Below, one piece after another: positions 27,567 through 37,620 of a stretch of 64,000 bases of DNA (position 1 is its first letter; each line of letters starts with the position of its first letter). The translations under genes were made by a program, and so were the position numbers. The stretch comes from Gammaproteobacteria bacterium (GTDB lineage: Bacteria > Pseudomonadota > Gammaproteobacteria > Steroidobacterales > Woeseiaceae): contig JAHZJK010000024.1 of the NCBI GenBank assembly GCA_022600955.1, forward strand, positions 122,003 through 186,002, read 5' to 3'. The notes beneath the pieces are model-generated. The model saw only the letters and a list, made by a program, of their open reading frames with translations, did not search any database and was not told the DNA's origin.

Positions 27567-29012
27567 TCAAATCTCATCGTTGTCGATACCCAGCGCCGCA
27601 GCCACGCCTTCGCCATACTGCGGGTCAGCCTTGATGCAATGTCGGATGTGGCGCAGTTGAATGTCACGCGGCGCACCGCCAATAGAGCGCGCGGTGTTTT
27701 CGAACAACACCTGTTGCTGTGCATCACTCATCTGTCGAAACAAAACACCGGGTTGGGAAAAGTAATCCTCGTCCTCGCGATGATCCCAATGCGCCGCGGC
27801 GCCGGAGAGCTCTAGCGGCGGCTCGCTGAAGTTTGGTTGCTCGGCCCATTCACCCTGGTTGTTCGGCTCATAGCCGAGTGTTCCGCCGTGATTGCCGTCG
27901 ATGCGCATCGCACCATCGCGATGATAATTGTTCACCGGGCAGCGTGGCGCGTTCACCGGAATCAGGTTGTGATTGACACCCAGGCGGTATCGTTGCGCAT
28001 CACCGTACGAGAACAGTCGACCTTGCAGCATCTTGTCGGGTGAGAAACTGATCCCCGGCACTACGTTGGCCGGGTTGAACGCCGATTGTTCAACCTCTGC
28101 GAAAAAATTCTCCGGGTTACGGTTGAGTTCGAACTCTCCAACCTCGATCAAAGGGTAATCCTCGTGCGGCCAGATCTTGGTGAGGTCAAACGGGTTGTAG
28201 GAAACCTTGCTCGCGTCGGCTTCCGGCATGATCTGCACCGACAGGGTCCACTTCGGAAAGTCACCTTTTTCAATGCTGTCGTAAAGATCGCGTTGATGAC
28301 TTTCACGGTCCTGGCCGATCAAAGCCTCCGACTCTGCGTCGCTCAGATTCTTGATGCCCTGCTGCGTCCGGAAGTGGAACTTGACCCAGCTACGCTCGTT
28401 GTCGCTGTTGATAAGGCTGAAGGTATGACTACCGAATCCGTGCATGTGTCGATAGCTCGCCGGAATGCCACGATCGCTCATGACAATAGTTACCTGGTGT
28501 AAGGCTTCCGGCAACGAAGTCCAGAAATCCCAGTTGTTCTTGGCGCTGCGCAGGTTTGTTCGCGGGTCGCGTTTCACGGCGTGATTAAGGTCCGGAAATT
28601 TCATCGGGTCGCGCAGGAAGAATACGGGCGTGTTATTGCCAACAAGATCCCAGTTTCCCTCCTCGGTATAAAACTTCAATGCAAAGCCGCGAATATCCCG
28701 CTCCGCGTCCGCAGCACCGCGTTCGCCGGCGACCGTGGTGAATCGAGCGAACAGATCGGTTTTCTTGCCAACCTCGGAAAATATTTTCGCGCGTGTGTGC
28801 TCGGTGATGTCACGAGTCACAGTGAATGTCCCGTAGGCACCGGAGCCCTTGGCGTGCATGCGTCGCTCGGGGATAACTTCCCGATCGAAGTGGGCAAGTT
28901 TTTCGAGGAACCACACGTCCTGAAGCAGTTGCGGGCCGCGTGGGCCGGCGGTCATCACGTTCTGGTTGTCGGCGACCGGGCAACCGGCGCTTGTCGTTAG
29001 TTTCTTGGTCAT
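27567..29012 (-). CDS. katA: Monofunctional heme catalase (small-subunit type)
   Basis: [22 protein letters not shown] and the proximal Tyr region [17 protein letters not shown]. 481 aa. Confidence 0.95.
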   Translation of the reverse strand: MTKKLTTSAGCPVADNQNVMTAGPRGPQLLQDVWFLEKLAHFDREVIPERRMHAKGSGAYGTFTVTRDITEHTRAKIFSEVGKKTDLFARFTTVAGERGAADAERDIRGFALKFYTEEGNWDLVGNNTPVFFLRDPMKFPDLNHAVKRDPRTNLRSAKNNWDFWTSLPEALHQVTIVMSDRGIPASYRHMHGFGSHTFSLINSDNERSWVKFHFRTQQGIKNLSDAESEALIGQDRESHQRDLYDSIEKGDFPKWTLSVQIMPEADASKVSYNPFDLTKIWPHEDYPLIEVGEFELNRNPENFFAEVEQSAFNPANVVPGISFSPDKMLQGRLFSYGDAQRYRLGVNHNLIPVNAPRCPVNNYHRDGAMRIDGNHGGTLGYEPNNQGEWAEQPNFSEPPLELSGAAAHWDHREDEDYFSQPGVLFRQMSDAQQQVLFENTARSIGGAPRDIQLRHIRHCIKADPQYGEGVAAALGIDNDEI

Positions 29013-29107
29013 ATTCGTTAATCCTCGCTGTAGTAATAAGCCAATAAGGGGCTGAAACCGTGCTGTTGTTGACTACAGTGCTGGAACCTCGAATAATCAT
29101 CCAATGA

Positions 29108-29127
29108 ATAATAATTAACATTATTAT
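29108..29127. promoter_or_regulatory. AT-rich inverted repeat in the katA-oxyR divergent intergenic region; candidate LysR/OxyR site
   Basis: ATAATAAT-taac-ATTATTAT lies 31 nt upstream of the oxyR ATG and about 100 nt upstream of the katA ATG. Confidence 0.4.
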
Positions 29128-29157
29128 CGACTCACTCAATAAGAAATTTCAAAGACA

Positions 29158-30087
29158 ATGAATCCGACGCCCACCATCAAACAGCTCCAGTACCTGGTCG
29201 CGTTATCCGACCATCTGAATTTCACGCGAGCGGCAGAAGCGTGCTTTGTAACGCAGTCAACATTGAGTGCGGGTCTGAAGGAGCTGGAGAGGTTACTCGG
29301 TGCCCAGCTGCTGGAACGGGACAGGCAAACCGTTTTAATGACGCCGATCGGGACGGAGGTGGCCGAACGAGCGCGCGCGATCGTGACGGCATCGGCGGAC
29401 CTGACCGAGCACGTCGCCGCGTCAAGAGAGCCGATGACAGGTTTGTTGAGGCTTGGCGTCATTCCGACCATTGCGCCATTCTTGTTGCCGCAATGTCTGC
29501 AGCTTCTCCGTGAGCGCTATCCGGAACTGCGCCTCGCTCTGCGAGAGGACCTGACCGCCAGCTTGTTGTCTCGTCTGCAAGACGGACAACTCGACTTTGC
29601 GTTGATTGCCCTGCCATTCGACACCGCGAACCTGTTGGTGCAACCTGTTTTCGACGACGACCTGTTCGTCATTGGGCGCAAGGGCGACCCGGCAATGCAG
29701 AGAGAAAAGATTGCGGTCACTCAGTCTCTGACCGACCGCATGCTGCTACTCGAAGAAGGTCACTGCTTGCGTGATCACGCTCTGTACGCGTGCAAGACAT
29801 CAAACCGTAAGTCATCTTCAGGCGTGGAGGCCACCAGCCTGCTGACGCTGGTGCAGATGATCGAATCCGGGCTCGGTGTCGGCCTGATTCCCGAGATGGC
29901 TGTTGCGAGCGGGCTTACGGAGAGCCCCAACCTGGTATGCAGACCCACAGCGAAACCATGTCCGAAACGCACGATAGCGCTCGTGGCGCGGCGCTCCACC
30001 TCGCGCCTGACGGTCATGCAGAAATTAGCGGACTTGATTCGAATTTGCGCATCTTCTATCCCGATCGTCCATCGCCACGCGGAGTAA
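29158..30087 (+). CDS. oxyR: LysR-family peroxide-sensing regulator OxyR
   Basis: HTH IKQLQYLVALSDHLNFTRAAEACFVTQSTLSAGLKELE. Redox Cys pair in LLLEEGHCLRDHALYAC. Divergent from the catalase gene. Confidence 0.9.
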   Translation: MNPTPTIKQLQYLVALSDHLNFTRAAEACFVTQSTLSAGLKELERLLGAQLLERDRQTVLMTPIGTEVAERARAIVTASADLTEHVAASREPMTGLLRLGVIPTIAPFLLPQCLQLLRERYPELRLALREDLTASLLSRLQDGQLDFALIALPFDTANLLVQPVFDDDLFVIGRKGDPAMQREKIAVTQSLTDRMLLLEEGHCLRDHALYACKTSNRKSSSGVEATSLLTLVQMIESGLGVGLIPEMAVASGLTESPNLVCRPTAKPCPKRTIALVARRSTSRLTVMQKLADLIRICASSIPIVHRHAE

Positions 30088-30314
30088 TCAGAATAGGCGC
30101 ATACATGATCAGGAAGAACGAATGGGCCGAATACGCGTAACAGTATTGCAAGGCTAAACGACACGTAGGCACTGACGGTTAACGGACAAGCGACAAGGTT
30201 GCGCACGGTGTGTCTGCGTGACGCGCTCGCTGTATCGCAAGCTGGAAGTGAACCGAGGCCGTGGTGGCAGGCGCGCGGAAGGGCATCATATCGTTGTGAA
30301 CTAAAGAGCGGAAC

Positions 30315-31916
30315 ATGTGGCCTGTCTGGGCTAAGATGATTTCAGATTCCCCAATGCGAGTGTCATGCATGGCCGCTGCACCAACCGAAGCTCTGGCAAA
30401 GAAGATCGAGGCGCATGACACGTCTGTCGTAGCGGAACTTTCAGCACTAGCAGATCGCTGCCTGGTCGACGCCCGAAATCGGACGCTTTTCGACGTCGCG
30501 ATCCTCTCCGATAATTATGAAGTGATTGCGCTGCTGGCGTCCGACCCGAATGCGTTGGAGTTTGTTGCACCGGTTGACGCTCAGACTAAAGAGCCGATCA
30601 AGCATTCCGTCGCAATGAACGGAGTCGCGCGTCCCATCTCAAAGCTGGAGACTTACCTCGAGGACGCGTTTGGGAAGGACCTGGCTTACGCGCGTACTCC
30701 ATTGCACACGGCATGCCGGGCCGGCAACGCCACCGTTATGGACACACTCCTCGCCGCAGGCGCGAAGGCAAACATCAAGGATGCGATTGGCCTCACCTCG
30801 GCGGAGCTTGCTTTCTATGCGCACGGAGAGAAGGGCTTGTGCGATTTTCTAGCAGCTTTTGATCGCAACAGCCAGACCGGCCTCCCCGTGGGCAAGCGCC
30901 TCCTAGGAGAGATGTTTCCTGTTCCCGAGACCATGGCGTCGCTGCTTAAAGTCGCAAAGCTGGATGCGGCGGCTCGGCGCCTGCTGTTTTGCTACCACTG
31001 CGCGTGGCTGGATATCGATGCTGTGCGCAGCATGCTGGCCGACGGACACGATCCCAACAAAGGCCTGACGACGGCTGCGATCAATCCATTGTGGGAGGCC
31101 TGTACGTCGGCGCTGTTGTGGGACGACGCGATACCGGGCGGACTCGAAATGGCATTTCATTACACCAGGCATATGGGTCACCCGGCGGCGAGTGCCGTTT
31201 CATTTGACAATGACTTGTTGAATGAAGACGGTTCAAACTTTGGAAAGCTATTTGCCGAAGCTGAGCGCAAGCGAGAGTCGTTGGTGAAGTCAGTCAACAA
31301 GATGACCATAGAGTCGGAAGCGGAGCGCGAGATAATCAGGCGGCGCATCGCAATGCTCGACGCTCTGCTTGAGGCCGGTGCGGATGTCGCACTCGCACGC
31401 AAGAAGCAGCAACTGGTTACCTTTGGTGACTTGAAGCAGATGAACCTGGGCGACGTAGCGGACCGTCTAAAGCAGCGCGGTGGTGGCGCGGCCAAGGCGC
31501 CAAAAAAGCGCAAGCCTGCATCGTCAACGCAATGGGAACTGGCCGGCGAAACTGGACTGAGCACAGAGTACTGGCCAGAGGTTGGTATGAACGGACTGCT
31601 TCGACTTATTTTGCACAACGTTTACGGGCCGGTCGACGGCGTCACGCTGTTGGTTGGACTCTCGGTCGACAAGTCGAAGCCGGATGATGAATGGCGCGAA
31701 CTGAAGCCGGTGACCGAGACTGTGGAGGTCGAGGGCGAGAAAGTGTTGCGGGCCGGGTTAACCGAACCGGTCTATGGCGATTCGCCCTGGGAGGCGATCT
31801 ATGAGCTTTCGTTAAAAAAGGAGCAAGGCGCCAACGTGTTATGGGTCTGCCTCGAGCACGAAACAGAGGAACGGTTGTGCGGAGAGCTGGACCCCTGGAA
31901 GTTTACGAAGGGTTGA
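30315..31916 (+). CDS. Ankyrin-repeat-containing cytoplasmic protein
   Basis: Clear ANK unit RTPLHTACRAGNATVMDTLLAAGAKANIKDAIGLTSAELA plus further helical repeats. No signal peptide. Start uncertain (ATG at 30315, 30336, 30354 or 30369). Confidence 0.7.
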   Translation: MWPVWAKMISDSPMRVSCMAAAPTEALAKKIEAHDTSVVAELSALADRCLVDARNRTLFDVAILSDNYEVIALLASDPNALEFVAPVDAQTKEPIKHSVAMNGVARPISKLETYLEDAFGKDLAYARTPLHTACRAGNATVMDTLLAAGAKANIKDAIGLTSAELAFYAHGEKGLCDFLAAFDRNSQTGLPVGKRLLGEMFPVPETMASLLKVAKLDAAARRLLFCYHCAWLDIDAVRSMLADGHDPNKGLTTAAINPLWEACTSALLWDDAIPGGLEMAFHYTRHMGHPAASAVSFDNDLLNEDGSNFGKLFAEAERKRESLVKSVNKMTIESEAEREIIRRRIAMLDALLEAGADVALARKKQQLVTFGDLKQMNLGDVADRLKQRGGGAAKAPKKRKPASSTQWELAGETGLSTEYWPEVGMNGLLRLILHNVYGPVDGVTLLVGLSVDKSKPDDEWRELKPVTETVEVEGEKVLRAGLTEPVYGDSPWEAIYELSLKKEQGANVLWVCLEHETEERLCGELDPWKFTKG

Positions 31917-31933
31917 TGCCCCATGCGGCATCA
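31914..31933. terminator. Weak hairpin between the convergent ankyrin and patatin genes
   Basis: TGATGCC-ccatgc-GGCATCA overlaps the TGA stop of the ankyrin gene. No T-tract. Confidence 0.3.
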
Positions 31934-31939
31934 CCAGGC

Positions 31940-33544
31940 CTACTGACTCCGGGAACTCTTGAGTGCGTCAGCGATCCTCTCTTCGTTCGAGTCGACAATA
32001 TACTTGCCAACGGCGATCAGGAAGTCTTGTTCCTCTTCTGTGATGTTGTAGGACGTCTTAACTTTTCGCGCCAGCTCGAACGGAGATTCAAGATCCGGGT
32101 TGTCAGCCCTGACCTTACTGATTGATGCTTGAGCAGTACCCACGACCGAGTAGTAGTTTTGCAGCTCGTCGAACAACTGTGCCACCTTTGAAGGGTCTTC
32201 CTCGTGCAAATCGCCGTCCATGGGTCGATACAAATCATCAAAGCTCAGGTAGATGACGTGGGAGTCCGGCCGTAAGTCGAACGATGCCAACGTTTGCCTC
32301 GCCCGCCCCCGGGCACCGTTCAGCGGCATATTCGGCAGCTTCCGATACACGTTGAGAAAGTTCGGTCCACCTTTGCTGCGGGAATACGGCGAGAACTCAC
32401 CAGGGTATGCGTCGATCACAATCAGGACCTTCTTGAGATCGTCATTGACCCTATTTTCGAGCAAGGATATCGCGGTATGAATACCGAGATTATCGGATAC
32501 GCCACCGTCAATCAGATGCAGATAAGGATTCCTGGGGGCGTCGTACGATGCGCCAAGTGTCTGGGGGGCGATCAGTGACGGGAAGTTGCCGCTGGCCGTC
32601 AGGCCCAGGGACAGTGGCACGTCGTAATAGAAATTTTCATTTTCCAAACCAGTATCGCGCCGGACATACTGCATTCGATGGACGTATTCGTTGATCTCGT
32701 AAATCTCTAGAATATCCGGCGTGAATGGAAAGACCGCCCCATTCTCCAGGACCGTTGCGTTTGCAATCCACATAGGCAAACGGATCGACGTGACTGTCGA
32801 AGCTTTGGGGAATACTTCGCGCAAAGTCATCTGCCGCTGCCCGTTGAACTCAAGCCAGTTCCCAGCAAGTAATTCGGTAGCGAACGCTTGTTCCAGAACA
32901 TCACCCCGGTCGAAGTTGGTGAATATGACTTTGGGATTCAGCAAGGCCGATGCAATATTGCCATGGTAGCCACGCTCAAGGTGACGTCGCAGACACGGGT
33001 CAGTGGTTTGCTTTGGCCGAGACTCCAGAGTCTGACGATAGAAGTCCAACAATCGTTTGGACTGGCACACTGAGGACAGCTTCTCATCGCGCGTTTGCAT
33101 CGCCTGCGCGAACGAATACGGCGCCGCCGATTCGGCGGCCAATTTCGCATGGGAATAGAATGAGGAAAAATAAGCCGCCGCAGCCATACCGCCGCCGGAC
33201 ACAGTGGAAAAGTAGTCGACCTCTTGCAACACGTTATTTTCGCCGTCCAGATACGCAACTTTCTCCAGACCCAACAACGCTCCAACACCCAGGTTACCGG
33301 CCCGCTGCCCGCCACCTGAAATCGCGACAGCCAGGGCCAACCGGTTGTCGTTGTGGCTGCGAGCCTCGACCGACGCGTACTCGATGAGATTTACGATGGG
33401 CGGCTGAAACAGGTGGCCGTTTTGAACTGGATGCCGACTGCTATCCAGATTCCTTGTTGCACACGCCGACAATGCGGTCGTAAATAGCATGCACACAACG
33501 AGTCTGAATGGCCGGTCGATTGCGTTTCGTATGATTCCTGTCAT
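31940..33544 (-). CDS. Patatin-like phospholipase, lipoprotein
   Basis: Lipobox TALSAC. Oxyanion motif ISGGGQRAG. Nucleophile-elbow variant TVSGGG. Catalytic Asp motif LIDGGVSDNLG. Confidence 0.85.
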   Translation of the reverse strand: MTGIIRNAIDRPFRLVVCMLFTTALSACATRNLDSSRHPVQNGHLFQPPIVNLIEYASVEARSHNDNRLALAVAISGGGQRAGNLGVGALLGLEKVAYLDGENNVLQEVDYFSTVSGGGMAAAAYFSSFYSHAKLAAESAAPYSFAQAMQTRDEKLSSVCQSKRLLDFYRQTLESRPKQTTDPCLRRHLERGYHGNIASALLNPKVIFTNFDRGDVLEQAFATELLAGNWLEFNGQRQMTLREVFPKASTVTSIRLPMWIANATVLENGAVFPFTPDILEIYEINEYVHRMQYVRRDTGLENENFYYDVPLSLGLTASGNFPSLIAPQTLGASYDAPRNPYLHLIDGGVSDNLGIHTAISLLENRVNDDLKKVLIVIDAYPGEFSPYSRSKGGPNFLNVYRKLPNMPLNGARGRARQTLASFDLRPDSHVIYLSFDDLYRPMDGDLHEEDPSKVAQLFDELQNYYSVVGTAQASISKVRADNPDLESPFELARKVKTSYNITEEEQDFLIAVGKYIVDSNEERIADALKSSRSQ

Positions 33545-33588
33545 GTTGTTGTTTGACCATTTTGCATGAGAGTCGTTATCCGGTCGGC

Positions 33589-36174
33589 TTATACCTGAAT
33601 CTTCGCAGGCGTATTGTTCGCGCGCTCAATCCAGAACTCAACGTCCGGCATATCGTAGGTCTTTTGCCAACGTCGATTCTTGGCGTACTCGTTCAGGGTT
33701 GCTGTCAGATCGGCCGGATTTGCAACCTTCAGATCGCCGACGGTGGTTATCTTTGCGTCGAACAACAAATTGACATCGTCTATCTCGATGCCCTGCAGAC
33801 TGGCGATTTCTACGGCTAGCGCCCAGTCGGTCAGAACCTTCAGGCCGGTATCGATGTTCCTGCTGATCGTCGTCCGCTGCTTGATCGTTTCGGCGCGCAG
33901 AAGCATGTCTGAAACGGTACTGATTTTCTCCTTCTTTAGCTTTGCGGCATCCGCGGCGCCGATTGTCTTCAATCTGCCAAGGACAGTCGGCGGTGAAATG
34001 ATCGGCTGCACTTTCTTGACGAAAATATCGTCGTACGCCGCGCCGCTCTGCGTCCTTAAGAACTCTAGCGATCTGTCCTCATCGACATCTCGTTTCTCCA
34101 GTGGACTGAGCCAGTAGCTCTTTTCAAGATGCTCCAGACTCGCAGCCAGATTACTGTCACGTGCATTATCTTTACCTCGATTGTGCTCGACGGCGGCCCA
34201 TTCCGAAAATGCGCAGGCAAGATTGTACTGTGTCCTGGCAAGCGGATGACGGGCTTGCTGCAGCGACGTGATAAACGAACCGCCCATCGAAATAAGGTCT
34301 TCGCCGACCTTCACGATTGACCTTCTGCGCTCATCAAGTTCCTCGCTCTTGGCCAATTCTCCTTTGTCAATCACCTCGTTGCCCTTTTCGACTTTGGCAG
34401 TGCCGACAGCAATCATCAATCCGCCTCGCATGGCGTCGTTCACCGTTCTCAAGTTTTCCAGGTAGCGACGGAGTTCGCCCCGGAAGTCGTCGACCGTAAG
34501 CAACGATAGAAACACCGTGATGTTGCTGAGTATCCTGAGTTCTCTAACGCGTACCTCTATCGCGTCTGTCAACTTTTCGGAGAGCTCCAACGCATTCGCG
34601 TTTGCGTCAGTAACGCCCTTCGTATTCTGTCGGTTCTGATGAATGAGCGACGCCAGCTTGTACATCGCAAGGTAGTGCGACTGCTCGTTTGGATACGGGG
34701 CGAACGGACTGCGGAACTTTATGAATGGCAGCGCCGACGCTTGAGTGTTGATGCACTGGACCCACAATTGTTCGGCGAAAAGCCAGCGTTTCTCCCGCCG
34801 GGCAATTTCCGCGAGGTTTATTTTGGCGATCGACAGGCTCGAGTCTTCTTTCAGGGCTTCGATATAGAGCTCTTTTGCGGCGTCGTAATTCTTGACGCGA
34901 TCTTCCGTCAGTGCGGCCTGAAACAGGGAATAAGCCCGCCAGGAGCTGGTATCCAAAGCTCGAACCAATTGCCTTTTCTGACGGCCAGGGAACAATGATT
35001 GAGCACTCAGCCGAAACAATAGCCAGATCGCTGCATAGTTCGCCAGACGTTCGAAGTCGCCCGATTGATCTACATTCGAACCACTGGCTTTTTCTTTCCT
35101 TGCTTTTCCACCGGCTGAAAACTCAGATTCCCAAAGCGTCACGCCGTCGCTTCGACCGCGATGACTGGTGACGAGAATAGTGAGCCCTGCCCCCTTCGTA
35201 TCGGAATCGAGCAGGTGACCCATCACTGTGAAACTCTTTCTCGGAAGTATTTTTTCGAGTAGCGACGGGAGGAGCTGAATCAACGGGTTTTGCAAGGGCG
35301 TCGGTAGCGATTGCGTCACGCTACCGGGCAGCGCAACGCCTTCGAGATTGCCGCTGGCACGGGTGACTGAGCCCGCGTGCCCATGTCCAAGTTCCTTATA
35401 TGCGGCCTGCATGAGAGCTTTCACATCTGCCCCGGGGCTCTTGGCGATTCCCTTATCGCTGAAATCTTGAAACAAGAGGCTTGGCCTGGCGACAATGTAT
35501 CGCCACGGTATCCGCAGAATAAACGCGACGATAACGGCGAAGATCAAAATTTCCAGCACCGGCAGCAGATACGTGCGTATCCAGAGTTTGGCAATTCGCC
35601 ATTCGACGATTCCGCCGCCCTCGAGATACCTGAGGTTTTCGGGCACAGCCATTTCCGGGTTTTTCTGCAGGGCCAGCGTTAGTGCTTTAAGTGCTTCGGA
35701 ATCCGCACCGAGTTCAGCGAGCCTGTTGACCGATTGTGCGGCGACTTCATGTTTTTTTGCATTGATAAGCTTGATCTGCGCGGTCACCCTTCGGTCGGCC
35801 AGCGCTTCGGGCGGCAGGGTTTTTATTGCCGCTAATGCCGCGTCGAACTCGTTAGCACCGAGCAGAATCTCTGCGCTGGCCAATGCAGCTTCGATTTTCT
35901 TTTCCGCGTTTGTGGCCGATTGTTCTGCCGCAGCTGCCAATTGTTGCTTCACAGCCGCCGCAAGAACTCGTGCGCTATCGGCTCTGCATAGTTTGACCTT
36001 GGGGTCGGCCGACGGCGACCTGATCTCGGATTTCGCCTGCTCGAGCAGGCCGGTATCGATCAATGCATCCAGGTAGGCGCATTCGCTTTGCGCCGTCGCA
36101 GTACCTGCAAGACACATCAACAACATTCCCGAGATGCACACTAACGAGGCGCGAGTAGATACTGCTTCGTGCAT
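33589..36174 (-). CDS. 861-aa bitopic membrane protein: signal peptide, helical periplasmic region, one TM, cytoplasmic TPR-like region, tandem DUF4332/HhH-like C-terminal repeats
   Basis: Signal peptide MLLMCLAGTATA/QSE. TM WIRTYLLPVLEILIFAVIVAFIL. TPR-like YDAAKELYIEALKEDSSLSIAKINLAEI. C-terminus LKTIGAADAAKLKKEKISTVSDML and IASLQGIEIDDVNLLFDAKITTVGDLKVANPADL. Confidence 0.75.
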   Translation of the reverse strand: MHEAVSTRASLVCISGMLLMCLAGTATAQSECAYLDALIDTGLLEQAKSEIRSPSADPKVKLCRADSARVLAAAVKQQLAAAAEQSATNAEKKIEAALASAEILLGANEFDAALAAIKTLPPEALADRRVTAQIKLINAKKHEVAAQSVNRLAELGADSEALKALTLALQKNPEMAVPENLRYLEGGGIVEWRIAKLWIRTYLLPVLEILIFAVIVAFILRIPWRYIVARPSLLFQDFSDKGIAKSPGADVKALMQAAYKELGHGHAGSVTRASGNLEGVALPGSVTQSLPTPLQNPLIQLLPSLLEKILPRKSFTVMGHLLDSDTKGAGLTILVTSHRGRSDGVTLWESEFSAGGKARKEKASGSNVDQSGDFERLANYAAIWLLFRLSAQSLFPGRQKRQLVRALDTSSWRAYSLFQAALTEDRVKNYDAAKELYIEALKEDSSLSIAKINLAEIARREKRWLFAEQLWVQCINTQASALPFIKFRSPFAPYPNEQSHYLAMYKLASLIHQNRQNTKGVTDANANALELSEKLTDAIEVRVRELRILSNITVFLSLLTVDDFRGELRRYLENLRTVNDAMRGGLMIAVGTAKVEKGNEVIDKGELAKSEELDERRRSIVKVGEDLISMGGSFITSLQQARHPLARTQYNLACAFSEWAAVEHNRGKDNARDSNLAASLEHLEKSYWLSPLEKRDVDEDRSLEFLRTQSGAAYDDIFVKKVQPIISPPTVLGRLKTIGAADAAKLKKEKISTVSDMLLRAETIKQRTTISRNIDTGLKVLTDWALAVEIASLQGIEIDDVNLLFDAKITTVGDLKVANPADLTATLNEYAKNRRWQKTYDMPDVEFWIERANNTPAKIQV

Positions 36175-36197
36175 TCGAAAAATCGTCCGCTCCTTAG

Positions 36198-36551
36198 CTA
36201 GGGCAGGAGTTCGTTGCTTATCGAATTGGTGCGCTGATTTGCAAACGCTGTCGCGGACACGGCAGAGCGCATCTTCGGGCTTGTAATGTTGCGCTTGAAA
36301 TCCTCGAGGTTGGTATTGGCGGTATCCCAGACTGCGTGCAACTCAGCCGTCTTGCCGGGGTTCGCGCTTAGGCCAACGTCCATCCTGTCGTATTGGGCAT
36401 GAATTTGAGAGGTTAGGAACAAGGTATGTTCCGCCAACTGAAAGAACACTGTTTGCTCTTCAATCGTTAACAGTCCGTTACTATTCAGATCGTAACAGTG
36501 TGCTGTCGCCGTGCTCATTTTGTGTAGTATCGAATCCAGGTCTGCGGACAT
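36198..36551 (-). CDS. Small hypothetical protein with one EF-hand-like loop
   Basis: GGGAGA RBS about 8 nt before ATG 36551. DLNSNGLLTIEE fits the D-x-N-x-N-G-x-L-x-x-x-E EF-hand loop consensus. 22-23 nt gaps to both neighbours. Confidence 0.55.
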   Translation of the reverse strand: MSADLDSILHKMSTATAHCYDLNSNGLLTIEEQTVFFQLAEHTLFLTSQIHAQYDRMDVGLSANPGKTAELHAVWDTANTNLEDFKRNITSPKMRSAVSATAFANQRTNSISNELLP

Positions 36552-36573
36552 TTGATGTCTCCCATTCCGTGTT

Positions 36574-37620
36574 TCAGTTGAATAGCTTTACGATGTTAAG
36601 CATCGCCTTGAAGGCGGCTTTAACCTGTTGCTTGTTTTTCTTCGCGATCCGTGCGCGTTGTTCCTTCGTGAGGTTTCCAGCGAAACCCGCCTGCAGAGTC
36701 TTGTGGCTTCGAATCAGCCCGCGGAGTCCCGCAGCTAGCGAATCGGGCCTCGATGCGTTGCTCAGTCGTTGTGACTCGGGCTCGTAAATTCCCCGCAGTA
36801 TGTCTTCACGCTCCTCCTGTGACAGCTCAAGTCGTTCGTCAAGCGGCATCCGATTGTAGGTATTTCGGGTGATCTCGGTTCGGCGACGTGCGAAGTTGTC
36901 GGACATCGGCTTGTCGACTTTTTCGTAACTGGACAGGAGGCTTTCCAATGCAACATCTACGGCTGGAGCTTTCGTTGTGACCAGCTTCTTCAATTTGGCA
37001 AAATCGGCCTGGTCTTGCTCGGCATTACGGACCAGGTCAATCAGTGTGCCGACAGCACCGAGTTGTTTTTCGAGTTCTTCTTTTGCCTCGTCCTCGGCGG
37101 ACGTGTCACCCTTGAGCTCGTCGATCTGGTTCTTGAGTTCGTTCAGTCGCGAGTTCAGATCCTTTAGGTCGCTTGCCGTGTCAAATGTTTCATCTTCCAG
37201 GATATTGGCCAGCGCCTGCTGATAGTTGGCGACTGTCGCAATGAGCGAAACCATCGTTTGTCGCCTTTGATTCGCCTGCGGAGAAAAGGACGCAGGCCGG
37301 ATCTTCTTCCATTCTGTACACGCGTCGGCCTCGGATGCCTGACAGTCTCGCCAGAGCAATTTCTCGTCGCTAGTCAGGCATCGACTCTCGTCTGCCTTAT
37401 AGAGCAATGGGGATTCCGCATTGCAGCTGGGCCGTGCAGCAAGAAATTCGATCATGTAGTCAAATTGCTGCTGACCCAAGTTGTCGTAGTAGTGGCGTGT
37501 TGTGGTCAGGGACGCGTCGATGAGCTTGACGACAGCTTCAGAGTCTTCTTTGAGCACCTCGGCCGTGCTGCTGCAACCGGCGAGGCCTGCCAGCAAGACC
37601 GGGACGAAGAATGCTTTCAT
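36574..37620 (-). CDS. Coiled-coil lipoprotein
   Basis: MKAFFVPVLLAGLAGCSS lipobox (alternative ATG at 37632 and TTG at 37665). Charged helical segments (DLKDLNSRLNELKNQIDELKG). Confidence 0.65.
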   Translation of the reverse strand: MKAFFVPVLLAGLAGCSSTAEVLKEDSEAVVKLIDASLTTTRHYYDNLGQQQFDYMIEFLAARPSCNAESPLLYKADESRCLTSDEKLLWRDCQASEADACTEWKKIRPASFSPQANQRRQTMVSLIATVANYQQALANILEDETFDTASDLKDLNSRLNELKNQIDELKGDTSAEDEAKEELEKQLGAVGTLIDLVRNAEQDQADFAKLKKLVTTKAPAVDVALESLLSSYEKVDKPMSDNFARRRTEITRNTYNRMPLDERLELSQEEREDILRGIYEPESQRLSNASRPDSLAAGLRGLIRSHKTLQAGFAGNLTKEQRARIAKKNKQQVKAAFKAMLNIVKLFN

